The notes below the pieces were generated by a model. The model saw only the letters and a list, made by a program, of their open reading frames with translations. It was not told the origin of the DNA and made no database searches. The position numbers and the translations under genes are program-made. Below, piece by piece: positions 1 to 8,855 of a stretch of DNA of 46,165 bases (position 1 is its first letter; each line of letters opens with the position of its first letter). The stretch comes from Ignavibacteriales bacterium (lineage in GTDB: Bacteria; Bacteroidota; Ignavibacteria; UBA10030; UBA6906), in assembly GCA_037441705.1 (NCBI GenBank), contig JBBIRR010000033.1, forward strand, positions 1-46,165. Reading direction: 5' to 3'.

Positions 1-616
1 CCTCTTCATCGGTCTGCCCTTCCCACAAATCTGCAGAGGGTTTCTTTTCGATCAGGCGTTCGGGCACGCCGAGGGCGCGCGCCAGTTGCCATACTTGCGT
101 CTTGTACAGATCGCCGAGGGGATTGAGGGCGCAGGCCAGATCGCCGAACAGCGTCCCGTATCCAAGAAAGATTTCCGTCTTGTTGCTCGTTCCAATTACG
201 AGCGCCCGCTCGCGGCTGGAGAGATCGTAGAGAACAATCATGCGCTGGCGCGCCATCACATTCCCTGCGCGCAAGCGGTCAATGCCATCGGCGCGCTGCA
301 GGTACGCGTCCACCATCGGTGAAATATCAACCCGTTCCGTGCGAATGCCCAGTTCGCGCACAACAAGCTCGGCATCGGCGATGCTTGCGGGACTGCTGGT
401 TCGATACGGAAGGAGCACGCCGAGCACGTTTTCCACGCCAAGTGCTTTCACGGCAAGGTACGCGGCGACGGCGGAGTCGACGCCTCCGGAAAGCCCGATG
501 ACTCCTTTACGAAAACCGGCGTTATGAATTTCGTCGCGCAGAAACTCCACCAGAACTTTCTGCACGATGTCGGTATTCAACGAGAGGTCTTGTGCGTGTC
601 TGCCGGCAGTTTCCAT
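1..616 (-). CDS. nadE: NH3-dependent NAD+ synthetase (3' end runs off the window; absent from the ORF track)
   Basis: Manual translation from ATG at 616: [30 protein letters not shown]...[13 protein letters not shown] (PP-loop)...[13 protein letters not shown]...GTSNKTE...[15 protein letters not shown]; the frame is open to position 1. Confidence 0.95.
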   Translation of the reverse strand, partial: METAGRHAQDLSLNTDIVQKVLVEFLRDEIHNAGFRKGVIGLSGGVDSAVAAYLAVKALGVENVLGVLLPYRTSSPASIADAELVVRELGIRTERVDISPMVDAYLQRADGIDRLRAGNVMARQRMIVLYDLSSRERALVIGTSNKTEIFLGYGTLFGDLACALNPLGDLYKTQVWQLARALGVPERLIEKKPSADLWEGQTDEE

Positions 617-660
617 GAGGAACGCTCCGCTTCCAATCGTGAGAGAATGGTCTGCGGAGA

Positions 661-690
661 TAATTAGCAAGAATATCGGTTGCGATGCAA
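661..690 (-). promoter_or_regulatory. putative sigma70-type promoter for nadE
   Basis: Minus strand TTGCAT-N18-TAATTA with TG before the -10, about 45 nt upstream of the start. Confidence 0.4.
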
Positions 691-701
691 CAGCACCGCA
701 A

Positions 702-1736
702 TCAGGCTTCAAGCACACTTTTGTACACGGCGGCGGTTTTCGCCGCGACGTGCTGCCAGAGAAACTCGCGGCGAATATGCTCTTGCAGTCGTTGATCGTT
801 TTGTTTTGATAGGGCGCGAAGGATACCGTCCCGAATGGATGAAACGGAGCGCGGGTCCACATATTCCGCCATGTCGCCGAAGTACTCGCGCGTGCCGCCG
901 TACGGCGTGATGACGATCTTTGCACCGGCCAGGCCCGCTTCCAGGGCTGCAATGCCGGGAGTTTCGAACAGCGACGGCAGAACAAACACATCGGCCGCGG
1001 CGTAGGCGGAGGCCAGCAGATCGTCGTCGTTCCTGACGCCATCAATCAGCAGAATGTGTTTGTGCTTGCGGGCTTCCTGCACGCACGCGTCGCCGTAGGC
1101 ACCGGCGATGATGCGCCCGATGATAACCGCAGGATGATCGATCTGACCGAGGGCTTTGATGAGTGCGAGGACATTCTTGCGCCGATGGCCGATGTGCCCG
1201 ACGTTCAGGATGAAGCGCTCCATCCCAAACCGTTTCTTGAAGAGCGTCGGATCGCCGTGTGCGAAGCGTTCATCAACGCCGTTGGGCACGACAACAATCT
1301 TCGAGGCGGGAATGTTCAGTCCGCGTTCGACCAGGCTCGCTTCGGCGTGGGAGTTGGGCATAATTCTCGCCGCCCAGGTGCAGATGTCCGCCGTGAACGC
1401 GTAGTCCGACCAGAGTCCCGGGCCGAGTCGCTGGAGAAAACGCGTAGCGGCAAGGGCGGTCCGCACGAAGGCATGCGAGTGTGAACTGTAGGTGATGGGA
1501 GAAACGACCAGCGGAATGCCGAGCGCGCGAATCTCGCGGGCAAGATGGTACGTGCCGATGTTCGCAGCAAACAGATGGAACAGATCGCATTCGGCTTTCG
1601 AAAACGGCGACCACGGATCGAACAACCGCGCCTCGATGCCGTGCTGATCCAGAAAGCGCATGGTATTGCGCAGTTGCGTATGGGGGCCACCGTGCAGGAT
1701 GGACACGGCTTGATAGCTGGCAACGTACACACGCAT
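702..1736 (-). CDS. glycosyltransferase family 4 (GT-B)
   Basis: [12 protein letters not shown] and [23 protein letters not shown] (E-X7-E) motifs. Confidence 0.9.
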   Translation of the reverse strand: MRVYVASYQAVSILHGGPHTQLRNTMRFLDQHGIEARLFDPWSPFSKAECDLFHLFAANIGTYHLAREIRALGIPLVVSPITYSSHSHAFVRTALAATRFLQRLGPGLWSDYAFTADICTWAARIMPNSHAEASLVERGLNIPASKIVVVPNGVDERFAHGDPTLFKKRFGMERFILNVGHIGHRRKNVLALIKALGQIDHPAVIIGRIIAGAYGDACVQEARKHKHILLIDGVRNDDDLLASAYAAADVFVLPSLFETPGIAALEAGLAGAKIVITPYGGTREYFGDMAEYVDPRSVSSIRDGILRALSKQNDQRLQEHIRREFLWQHVAAKTAAVYKSVLEA

Positions 1737-1739
1737 GGG

Positions 1740-3302
1740 TTATTCCGCTTTCTTTGACGAGAATTTTCGAGAGAGGGTCGTAAACAGATCGCCGACTACC
1801 TTGCGGGGATCGAATTCCCGAATGCGATGGATGTCCTCCGGTGGAAGCGCAATCTGCCGCGGCGGCTGCCACGTGAGTGAGTCGAGATCGACGCGCGGGC
1901 GTGCAACCGTAAAAGCCTCACGCCAATCAGGTCGAATGATCCGAAGGGCAACGGACTCGTCTGGCAGCGTTCCTTTCCAGACAAGCATTCCGTTGTGCAG
2001 CTCGAGCAGCGGCTTAAACCGCAGCCGATGCTTCCACCACCGTGCGTACTCCGCAAGAGTGACGCATTCCACGCCCGATTGTTTGGCATAATGAAACAGG
2101 AAGCGCACAACATCCCATGCGCGATGCGTTGGGTGGTGGTAGAAGAACCAGGTTTCGTCGCGCAGCAGTTTCTCGTCCATGAGGTGTTGGAAGTAATCGG
2201 CCATATGCGTCTCGGAATAGCCGACACGCAGCAAGCTGCCGATGCAGATGGGATGGATCGGAATCTGTACGGTAGCAAAAGTATCCGTGCCGTGGCGAGG
2301 ATAGAGCGGGAAGGCGTCGTACGCGTAGGAAAACTCGGAGGAGTATTCGAACCCGATTTGATCGATGGCGCGAGCAAGCCCAGGGTTCCAGACACCGTAC
2401 GGCGCCGCAAAGCCCGGCGAGCTGACGCCGATGCGGTCCAGCTTCTGCCGTGCGCGGAGAATATCCTTCATGCTGCCTTCATACGTCTCCAGAACGCGAT
2501 GCTCGTAGCAATGCACCCCGAACTCCTGGCCTGCAAGAAAGGCAAAATGCTGCAACCACTCCTCGTGTGATTTCACATCGAGAAACCACGTCATCGGAAC
2601 ATCGTGCTGGAGGGCCAGATGGTAGAGCGTATCGACATCCTGGCGCGAGCCTCGGTCGCTGTCGATGCGGAAAGCGAAAACGGTGCGCCGCTCGCCCGGA
2701 ACGTACCAGAGATGCGCATACGGCAGGTTGCGGGCATGGTGCAGAAAGGCAAGTGAACGATGCACAAGGCGATGCACTTCTCCTTTGCTGACAAGCGACA
2801 CGCGCTCGGACGGAAGTCTATCCCGCTGCGCGTAGAAACTCTTGTGCGCGGCGCGACTGTCGCCCATCAGCGTCGGGGCATCGAAGGGCAAGAGGACGGC
2901 CCACCCTCCTCCCATCTCTCCCGCAAATGCCGCGAACGTCCGCTGCTGCGTTCGCAAGCAGTTGGCTTCGCGCGGAATCTCTCCCATCATCCCCACATCC
3001 AGAAGGTGAATATCCGCAAACGGCGCGGTTCCGTCCGAAGTCAGATACTCGATAGGTTCCTGTCGGCTCACCGTTTTGCACACCTTGCGCAGATGAGCGG
3101 CATAGCCCATCACTGCCCCTCCGGCAGAGAGATATTCTTCGATTTGCTGTCGCTGGACCTCGTTCAACGCATGTGTCACGACGAGTACACTCCACTCGTC
3201 GTCCAATCGGTTGAGGTCGGCATAGTCGAAGAAGACTCCCTCCTGCGCGAGAAGATGCTCCCATCCAACCGAACGAGATGTTAACCCGATGGCAAGTCTC
3301 AC
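1740..3302 (-). CDS. polysaccharide deacetylase (CE4/NodB-like) domain protein with uncharacterised N-terminal half
   Basis: FAFRIDSD, EFGVHCYEH and GFAAPYG resemble NodB motifs 1-3; GTG start overlaps the flippase stop (GTGA). Confidence 0.65.
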   Translation of the reverse strand: MRLAIGLTSRSVGWEHLLAQEGVFFDYADLNRLDDEWSVLVVTHALNEVQRQQIEEYLSAGGAVMGYAAHLRKVCKTVSRQEPIEYLTSDGTAPFADIHLLDVGMMGEIPREANCLRTQQRTFAAFAGEMGGGWAVLLPFDAPTLMGDSRAAHKSFYAQRDRLPSERVSLVSKGEVHRLVHRSLAFLHHARNLPYAHLWYVPGERRTVFAFRIDSDRGSRQDVDTLYHLALQHDVPMTWFLDVKSHEEWLQHFAFLAGQEFGVHCYEHRVLETYEGSMKDILRARQKLDRIGVSSPGFAAPYGVWNPGLARAIDQIGFEYSSEFSYAYDAFPLYPRHGTDTFATVQIPIHPICIGSLLRVGYSETHMADYFQHLMDEKLLRDETWFFYHHPTHRAWDVVRFLFHYAKQSGVECVTLAEYARWWKHRLRFKPLLELHNGMLVWKGTLPDESVALRIIRPDWREAFTVARPRVDLDSLTWQPPRQIALPPEDIHRIREFDPRKVVGDLFTTLSRKFSSKKAE

Positions 3303-4702
3303 ACAAACCTCTCCCGAAGAAGCCGAATCTCCTCTTTCTCCAAAACCTTAAGCACCGTTGCTGCAATGACGAACAGTCCCACCCCTGTGAGGGTTTGAAT
3401 GACAACATGTTGGGAACGAGTAAGCTCGATGCCCGCGAGCATGACCATCGCCGCAAGGACGGGCGCAAGCATGGGCCGCACGACGGACACGTTCAATTTC
3501 GAGGCAACGGATTTCATCATCAGGCCCACAGTCACCAGCTCTCCCACGACGATCGCTATGGCAGTTCCGACGCTACCAAACAACAGAGTTCCGACGACAA
3601 TGGCAAGAACCAACACCGCCGAACCGATGTTGACGGCATGGGTGTATTCTTGTTCGTGACCGCTTCCCACAAGCGTACACACGAAGACGGTGTTGAGAAC
3701 GGTCAACAAGAAGTATCCAAGGAGGATTTGCAGCAGGGGGGTTGCCGCTGCGTAGCGCGCGCCGAAGATCATCTCGATCGCCACCGGAGCAAGCAGCGCC
3801 GCACACATCGTGAGCGGAAGGAGAAGGGCGAGCGTTCCTTTGACGACGGTCCGAAGAAGAAGAGCGTCCTGAGCCTCCCGTGCGGAGAAGTACCGTGCTG
3901 CCACCGGAAGAAACAGTGCGTGCAGAACGCGGTCGAGCATCAACAGAACAAAGACGACCTTCAACGCGGCGCTGAACAGTCCGGCGGCATCGGCGGAAAC
4001 TAACCATCCCACCACGATGGGAGGGAGATTGATGGTGCTCTGGGCAAGGAACACGGAAAGACCGACCGGTACGTTCGATCGCAGGATGGTTTTCCACAGC
4101 GCCGGTTCCCATGCAAGCTGCATCGCTCCCAAGTGCATCCGGTAGCGGATGAGGAAGAACACGGCAGCGGCAACATTGCCGAAGGCAAAAGCGATCGGCA
4201 CCAGCAAGAGATCATCCGGGGTGCGAACAAGCACAAACGCGGCGAGTCCGTAGCAAAACGCGCTCAGGATTTTCGCGCTGCTCATCACGCCGAATTGTTC
4301 TTTGCCATGAAAGAACCAATCGAGCGACAGGGCAAGCGGCACGAGCGAGAAGGTGGAGAGCACGACAACCCTGCGCGTGATTGCATCCATCGGCAGCAGG
4401 GCAGCGACGACCGCCGCGCCGATGATGAGCGCAACGGCGAGCACAAGTCGAAGCGAGAGGATCGCCTGCACCCGTTCGGTGTGCATCCCTTCGGCCGCAG
4501 CGGCATTGCGCGTCTCGATCAGATGAATGCCGGGCGTTCCCAACAGCATCAGATAGCCCAACACACTGAAGCCGATGTTGACCACGCCGAACCCCCCGGT
4601 ATCGAGCACGCGCGCGAGATAGGCGGTAATGACAAAGCCGATGGCACGACTGCCGATATCGCCCGCGAGAAAAGCGATGAGTTTCTTCAGCGGGGGTTTC
4701 AT
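3299..4702 (-). CDS. Wzx-like oligosaccharide flippase (MOP superfamily)
   Basis: 12-14 hydrophobic segments, AYLARVL...FG, LDWFFHGKE; located within the GT cluster. Confidence 0.85.
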   Translation of the reverse strand: MKPPLKKLIAFLAGDIGSRAIGFVITAYLARVLDTGGFGVVNIGFSVLGYLMLLGTPGIHLIETRNAAAAEGMHTERVQAILSLRLVLAVALIIGAAVVAALLPMDAITRRVVVLSTFSLVPLALSLDWFFHGKEQFGVMSSAKILSAFCYGLAAFVLVRTPDDLLLVPIAFAFGNVAAAVFFLIRYRMHLGAMQLAWEPALWKTILRSNVPVGLSVFLAQSTINLPPIVVGWLVSADAAGLFSAALKVVFVLLMLDRVLHALFLPVAARYFSAREAQDALLLRTVVKGTLALLLPLTMCAALLAPVAIEMIFGARYAAATPLLQILLGYFLLTVLNTVFVCTLVGSGHEQEYTHAVNIGSAVLVLAIVVGTLLFGSVGTAIAIVVGELVTVGLMMKSVASKLNVSVVRPMLAPVLAAMVMLAGIELTRSQHVVIQTLTGVGLFVIAATVLKVLEKEEIRLLRERFV

Positions 4703-5676
4703 GCCACAAGGGTTCGGATGAGGTGGACGAGTACTTGCTCGCGTCGTGTCAGCGGAAACGTTTCGGCAATGAAGCGGCGCGCAGCGCAGCCCTCGTCGGG
4801 TGGCGCATCGAGCGCGCGACGAAGCGCGGCGGCGAGAGCTTCAGCATCGCCATAGGGAACGAGAAGGTCGGGATTGGTAATCGCGCTCGGGATGCCGCCG
4901 GCTCTTGCACCCACCGGCACACAGGCACACAGCATGGCTTCGCACAAACTATTCGGCAGGCCATCGAACAGCGACGGCTGGCAATAAACTTTCGCCCGCC
5001 GGTAGTACTGCAGCAGGTCAGAACGTTCGCGGTACTCAACAAGCGTCACGTTCGGCGGCGCCAGCGCACGCAGCAGTTCCATTGCCTTGCCGCTCACGCC
5101 GACGATCACGAAGGGAACTTCGGGAAGCAATCGTGCGGCACGAAGAAGCACATCCAACCCTTTTTGCTTTATGCGCGGTTCGGTATCGCATGCCGACACG
5201 TTCAACACAAACGGTTCCTTCTCCCCTGCGGGCGTCCAGAGGTCCGCATCGTAGCCCGTCGGAACGTCGGCGATGTTAGCTCCATCGTAGTCGGCAAGCC
5301 GCTTGGCCTCGGCGGTGATGTACGGGTCGACCGAAAGAACTTTGTCTGCATGACGTAATGCATAACGAACCAAGCGCCCCCGCCACGGCGAAATCCAGAT
5401 GCCGTAGCCGATCTCCGGATACTTCGCCACGTCGCTCCCGCCGATGACAATGATGGATTTCTTACGCAGGATCTTCGCCACAAGCACGATCACGAAGGCA
5501 TGAACGGAAGCGAACCAGGTCAATGTCACATCAGTCCTCGCAACATGCACCGGTACCCGAAACAACGTCGCAAACCGTGTCGTGAGGAGATGCTCGACGG
5601 AGAAATGCTTGCGGAGAATATTCAGGTCTTCGGCGATGAAGGAGGAAATGTTCGTTGACGTCAACAGTATCTTCAC
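4699..5676 (-). CDS. glycosyltransferase family 4
   Basis: YYRRAKVYCQPSLFDGLPNSLCEAMLC; start moved to GTG 5676 (VKILLT) based on the paralog alignment and promoter position. Confidence 0.85.
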   Translation of the reverse strand: MKILLTSTNISSFIAEDLNILRKHFSVEHLLTTRFATLFRVPVHVARTDVTLTWFASVHAFVIVLVAKILRKKSIIVIGGSDVAKYPEIGYGIWISPWRGRLVRYALRHADKVLSVDPYITAEAKRLADYDGANIADVPTGYDADLWTPAGEKEPFVLNVSACDTEPRIKQKGLDVLLRAARLLPEVPFVIVGVSGKAMELLRALAPPNVTLVEYRERSDLLQYYRRAKVYCQPSLFDGLPNSLCEAMLCACVPVGARAGGIPSAITNPDLLVPYGDAEALAAALRRALDAPPDEGCAARRFIAETFPLTRREQVLVHLIRTLVA

Positions 5677-5702
5677 GGGCGAGCAGAGTAAGGTAACGAG
5701 AA

Positions 5703-5731
5703 AAGATACAGCAAAGCCCTTAGACGTGCAA
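5703..5731 (-). promoter_or_regulatory. putative internal promoter for the second GT4 gene
   Basis: Minus strand TTGCAC-N17-TATCTT. Confidence 0.5.
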
Positions 5732-6709
5732 GGAGCGGGAATCGAGGACACTGCCTATCTCATGCAGCAGCTCGGCCTCTCGTCGAGCCGAAGAGAAAGA
5801 CGCAGCGATGAACCGACGAGCAGCTTTCCCGATTTCATCCGGTGCTGCGAGTGCACGGTGTAATGCCTCAACCAGTGCAGCACTGTCGTTCGGGGGGACA
5901 AGAAATCCAACCGCATGCAGCACGGTCGGGATGCCGCCGACCGCCGTACCGACCGGAATGCATTCGCACAGCATCGCCTCGCAGAGACTGTTGGGGAGCC
6001 CTTCACTGAGCGACGGCTGGCAGTACACCTTCGCCCGCTGATAGTATTCGAGAAGGCGCGGTTGGCCGACAAACGGAATCAGTGTGACGTTCGGTGGAGG
6101 AGCCACACGGTAGATGAGATGCTCGGCGACGCCGACAACCACGAATTGCACATCGGTCATCTTCTTCGCCGCGTCGATCAACAAGGGAATTCCCTTCACC
6201 TGCAGGCGGACGTCGTTTTCACAGTTCGCCACGGTGAGGATGAACGGTTCCTTATCTCCCGCCGGCACCCAGCGTTCCGCGTCATACCCCGTAGGGACGT
6301 AACGAATGTTGCCTCCATCGTACTCTGCACGCTGCATCGCCGCGCGCTGGAGCGAAGGATCCACCACCAGCACCCGATCTGCCGCACGCAGCGCATAGCG
6401 CACCAACACCGATTTCCACGGAGAGCGCCACAGGCCGTAGCCGATCTCGGGGAGGTTCGCAACATCTACCCCTCCGACAATGATGATGGATCGCTTGTTC
6501 CATCGTCGGGCAAAGAACACCACAGCGGCAGCATAAACGGAGGCAAACCACGTCAACGTCACATCGGCACGACGGACCGCAGCGGCGATTGCGAACAAGG
6601 ATCGGACCCCCCGTGTCATGAGATGTTCGACGTCACAATGCCTGCGAAGCAGGTCGAGGTCGTCTCGAATGAACGAGGTGAGGTGAGTGGAGGTGAAAAG
6701 AATCTTCAA
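5720..6709 (-). CDS. glycosyltransferase family 4 (paralog of the adjacent gene)
   Basis: YYQRAKVYCQPSLSEGLPNSLCEAMLC; start probably TTG 6709 (LKILFT), downstream of the promoter. Confidence 0.85.
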   Translation of the reverse strand: MKILFTSTHLTSFIRDDLDLLRRHCDVEHLMTRGVRSLFAIAAAVRRADVTLTWFASVYAAAVVFFARRWNKRSIIIVGGVDVANLPEIGYGLWRSPWKSVLVRYALRAADRVLVVDPSLQRAAMQRAEYDGGNIRYVPTGYDAERWVPAGDKEPFILTVANCENDVRLQVKGIPLLIDAAKKMTDVQFVVVGVAEHLIYRVAPPPNVTLIPFVGQPRLLEYYQRAKVYCQPSLSEGLPNSLCEAMLCECIPVGTAVGGIPTVLHAVGFLVPPNDSAALVEALHRALAAPDEIGKAARRFIAASFSSARREAELLHEIGSVLDSRSLHV

Positions 6710-6751
6710 GCGCGTCGCGGGTGATTGAAAATAACGGCCGTTCGCTGCGAA

Positions 6752-6780
6752 AAGATACACCAATCAACCATCAGTCGCAA
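6752..6780 (-). promoter_or_regulatory. putative promoter of the glycan cluster
   Basis: Minus strand TTGCGA-N17-TATCTT. Confidence 0.55.
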
Positions 6781-6826
6781 GAAATCCAACGGATGAGCAT
6801 GCGGACCGGCTTCACGCGTGTGTTCT

Positions 6827-6855
6827 TTGCAACTCCCTCACCCTTTTGCTATATT
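6827..6855 (+). promoter_or_regulatory. putative promoter for the lipoprotein gene (divergent)
   Basis: TTGCAA-N17-TATATT with extended TG. Confidence 0.6.
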
Positions 6856-6875
6856 CTCACTGAACAATCAACATC

Positions 6876-7454
6876 ATGACTCGAATGAATCGCCCCCTCG
6901 GTCTTTTGCTTCTTCTTTCCAGCGTCGCAGTTCTGAACGGCTGCCTTACCGTTGAATCGAAGGAATACCACATCAAGCTGAAGAACGGCCAGTCCGGCGA
7001 GGCGACAATCCGCTTTATCAACATTCTCTCCGAGAGCGACGATACGACCGACATCACCAAAGATGATTTTCAAACACTCATCGAGACGTACATCAGCGGC
7101 AACAAGTTGGAACGGGACAATCCGGGATTTCGCAACGTGAAGAAGCGTCTGTATGAAGAAAAGGGTGTGCTGTGCGGAGAGGTCACGTTTACGTTTGACA
7201 GCCTTTCGACCGTTCGCCTGTTCAAGTTCGACAAGGATAGTCCGTACATGTATTACGCATCCAATCCGCTTTCGTCGGAGACGCTGATCGAGACGAACGG
7301 GATTCTCGGCGAGCAGTGGATGCCGATCGTGTTCTGGAAGAAGGATGCCAGAGAGTTCTACGTGAAGACGAAAGTCTCCTCGGAGGCGCGGTTCCGCACG
7401 AGTCTGCTGAAGCAATTCCGTGAGTGGCAAGCCGCGCAGCCGAAGAAGAAATGA
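6876..7454 (+). CDS. hypothetical lipoprotein
   Basis: Signal peptide with lipobox LNGC; natural codon and amino-acid composition. Confidence 0.8.
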   Translation: MTRMNRPLGLLLLLSSVAVLNGCLTVESKEYHIKLKNGQSGEATIRFINILSESDDTTDITKDDFQTLIETYISGNKLERDNPGFRNVKKRLYEEKGVLCGEVTFTFDSLSTVRLFKFDKDSPYMYYASNPLSSETLIETNGILGEQWMPIVFWKKDAREFYVKTKVSSEARFRTSLLKQFREWQAAQPKKK

Positions 7455-7547
7455 CCGCCTCCACCCTGCCCTCGCACAACGTCACCGCCCGCCTGAATTT
7501 CTCTGAAGTTGCACGCTTCGTGCAGTTCCGCGTCTTGCAGAGGCCGC

Positions 7548-8744
7548 ATGGAACTTTGGCGTAAGAACCTCTACGTCCTTTGGGTCACGCAACTCATCGC
7601 CATGATCGGGATGAACCTGGTCGTGCCTTTCATGCCTTTCTTTATCCGCGAGCTTGGCGTGACAGACGAGGCGGAGGTTGTGCGCTGGAGCGGACTGGTC
7701 TTTGCCGGACCGTTTATCTCTTCCTTCATCGTCACGCCGATCTGGGGCAATCTCGGCGACCGCTACGGCCGCAAGCCGATGGTGGTGCGCGCGATCTTCG
7801 GGCTCGCGCTGTCGCAGGTGCTGCTCGGCTTTTCGCAGACCGTGATGCAGGTCTTTCTCTTCCGCATTCTGCAGGGCGCCATCAGCGGATTCATCGCCGC
7901 ATCGCTGGCCCTCGTTTCCACCGGGACCCCCAGGAACCGCGTTGGCTATGCGCTGGGTGTCCTGCAATCGGCTTCCGCGGGCGGCGTGGTGCTCGGCCCG
8001 TTCGTCGGCGGCGTGCTTGCGGATCTGATCGGATATCGGGAGATTTTTTTTGTGACTGCAGTGCTGTGCACGCTCGGCGGGGTTGCGGTGGTCTTCGGCG
8101 TTCACGAAATTCGTGAAGAGTTCGCGGGCGCGCGGGCGTTCTCCGTTCTCGACAACTACAAATTGATGTACTCGAACAAACAGCTTCGCCTCGTGGCACT
8201 CTGCCTCGTTGCCGGACAGGTCTCCGTGTTGATGGTCGAGCCGATCTTCGCGTTGTTCGTGGAGAGTTTCCGCAAAGATTCCGCATACATTGCAACGCTC
8301 GCCGGCAGCATCTTTGCCATCACCGGATTCTTCTCTACCGTCTCTGCGCCGTGGTGGGGGAAGCGAAACGACAGAAAGGGCTACAAGCAAGGACTCTTCA
8401 TCGGAATGAGTTTGACGGGCCTCGCGTACATCGGGCACAATCTCGTGACAAGCCTGCTACAGCTTGCGGTGTTGCGCGCCGTTCTCGGCATCGGTCGCGG
8501 CGGCGTGCTGCCCGCATTGTATTCGCTCGCCAACATTCACGCTCCGGCCGAACGCAAAGGCGGCATCATCGCTATCGCCAGCAGCATGACGATTCTCGGC
8601 AACATGCTCGGGCCGATTCTTGGCGGGTACGTTGCTTCACACACAGGCATCCGCGAGATGTTTCTCGTGAACAGCGCGCTGGCGCTGGCCGTCGCGTTTG
8701 TGATCTGGAAAGAGATGGAAGAGAAGAAAGGAGAGGGCGCGTAG
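7548..8744 (+). CDS. MFS transporter (DHA1/MdtG-like)
   Basis: W..NLYVLW, motif A WGNLGDRYGRKP, about 12 TM segments; start set at ATG 7548. Confidence 0.9.
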   Translation: MELWRKNLYVLWVTQLIAMIGMNLVVPFMPFFIRELGVTDEAEVVRWSGLVFAGPFISSFIVTPIWGNLGDRYGRKPMVVRAIFGLALSQVLLGFSQTVMQVFLFRILQGAISGFIAASLALVSTGTPRNRVGYALGVLQSASAGGVVLGPFVGGVLADLIGYREIFFVTAVLCTLGGVAVVFGVHEIREEFAGARAFSVLDNYKLMYSNKQLRLVALCLVAGQVSVLMVEPIFALFVESFRKDSAYIATLAGSIFAITGFFSTVSAPWWGKRNDRKGYKQGLFIGMSLTGLAYIGHNLVTSLLQLAVLRAVLGIGRGGVLPALYSLANIHAPAERKGGIIAIASSMTILGNMLGPILGGYVASHTGIREMFLVNSALALAVAFVIWKEMEEKKGEGA

Positions 8745-8855
8745 TCAGTCCCAACCCAACTCGCTATTCACCCCTTTCTCTTTGTATATTGGTGTGAAAA
8801 GATTTTTCCTTCCTGAGCTGGATGTACTTCATCTGAGTAACACGACACTGGTGCG

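Noticed and set aside
86-910. Short plus-strand ORFs at the window start
   Set aside because: They are antisense to nadE and the GT4 gene, which explain the region
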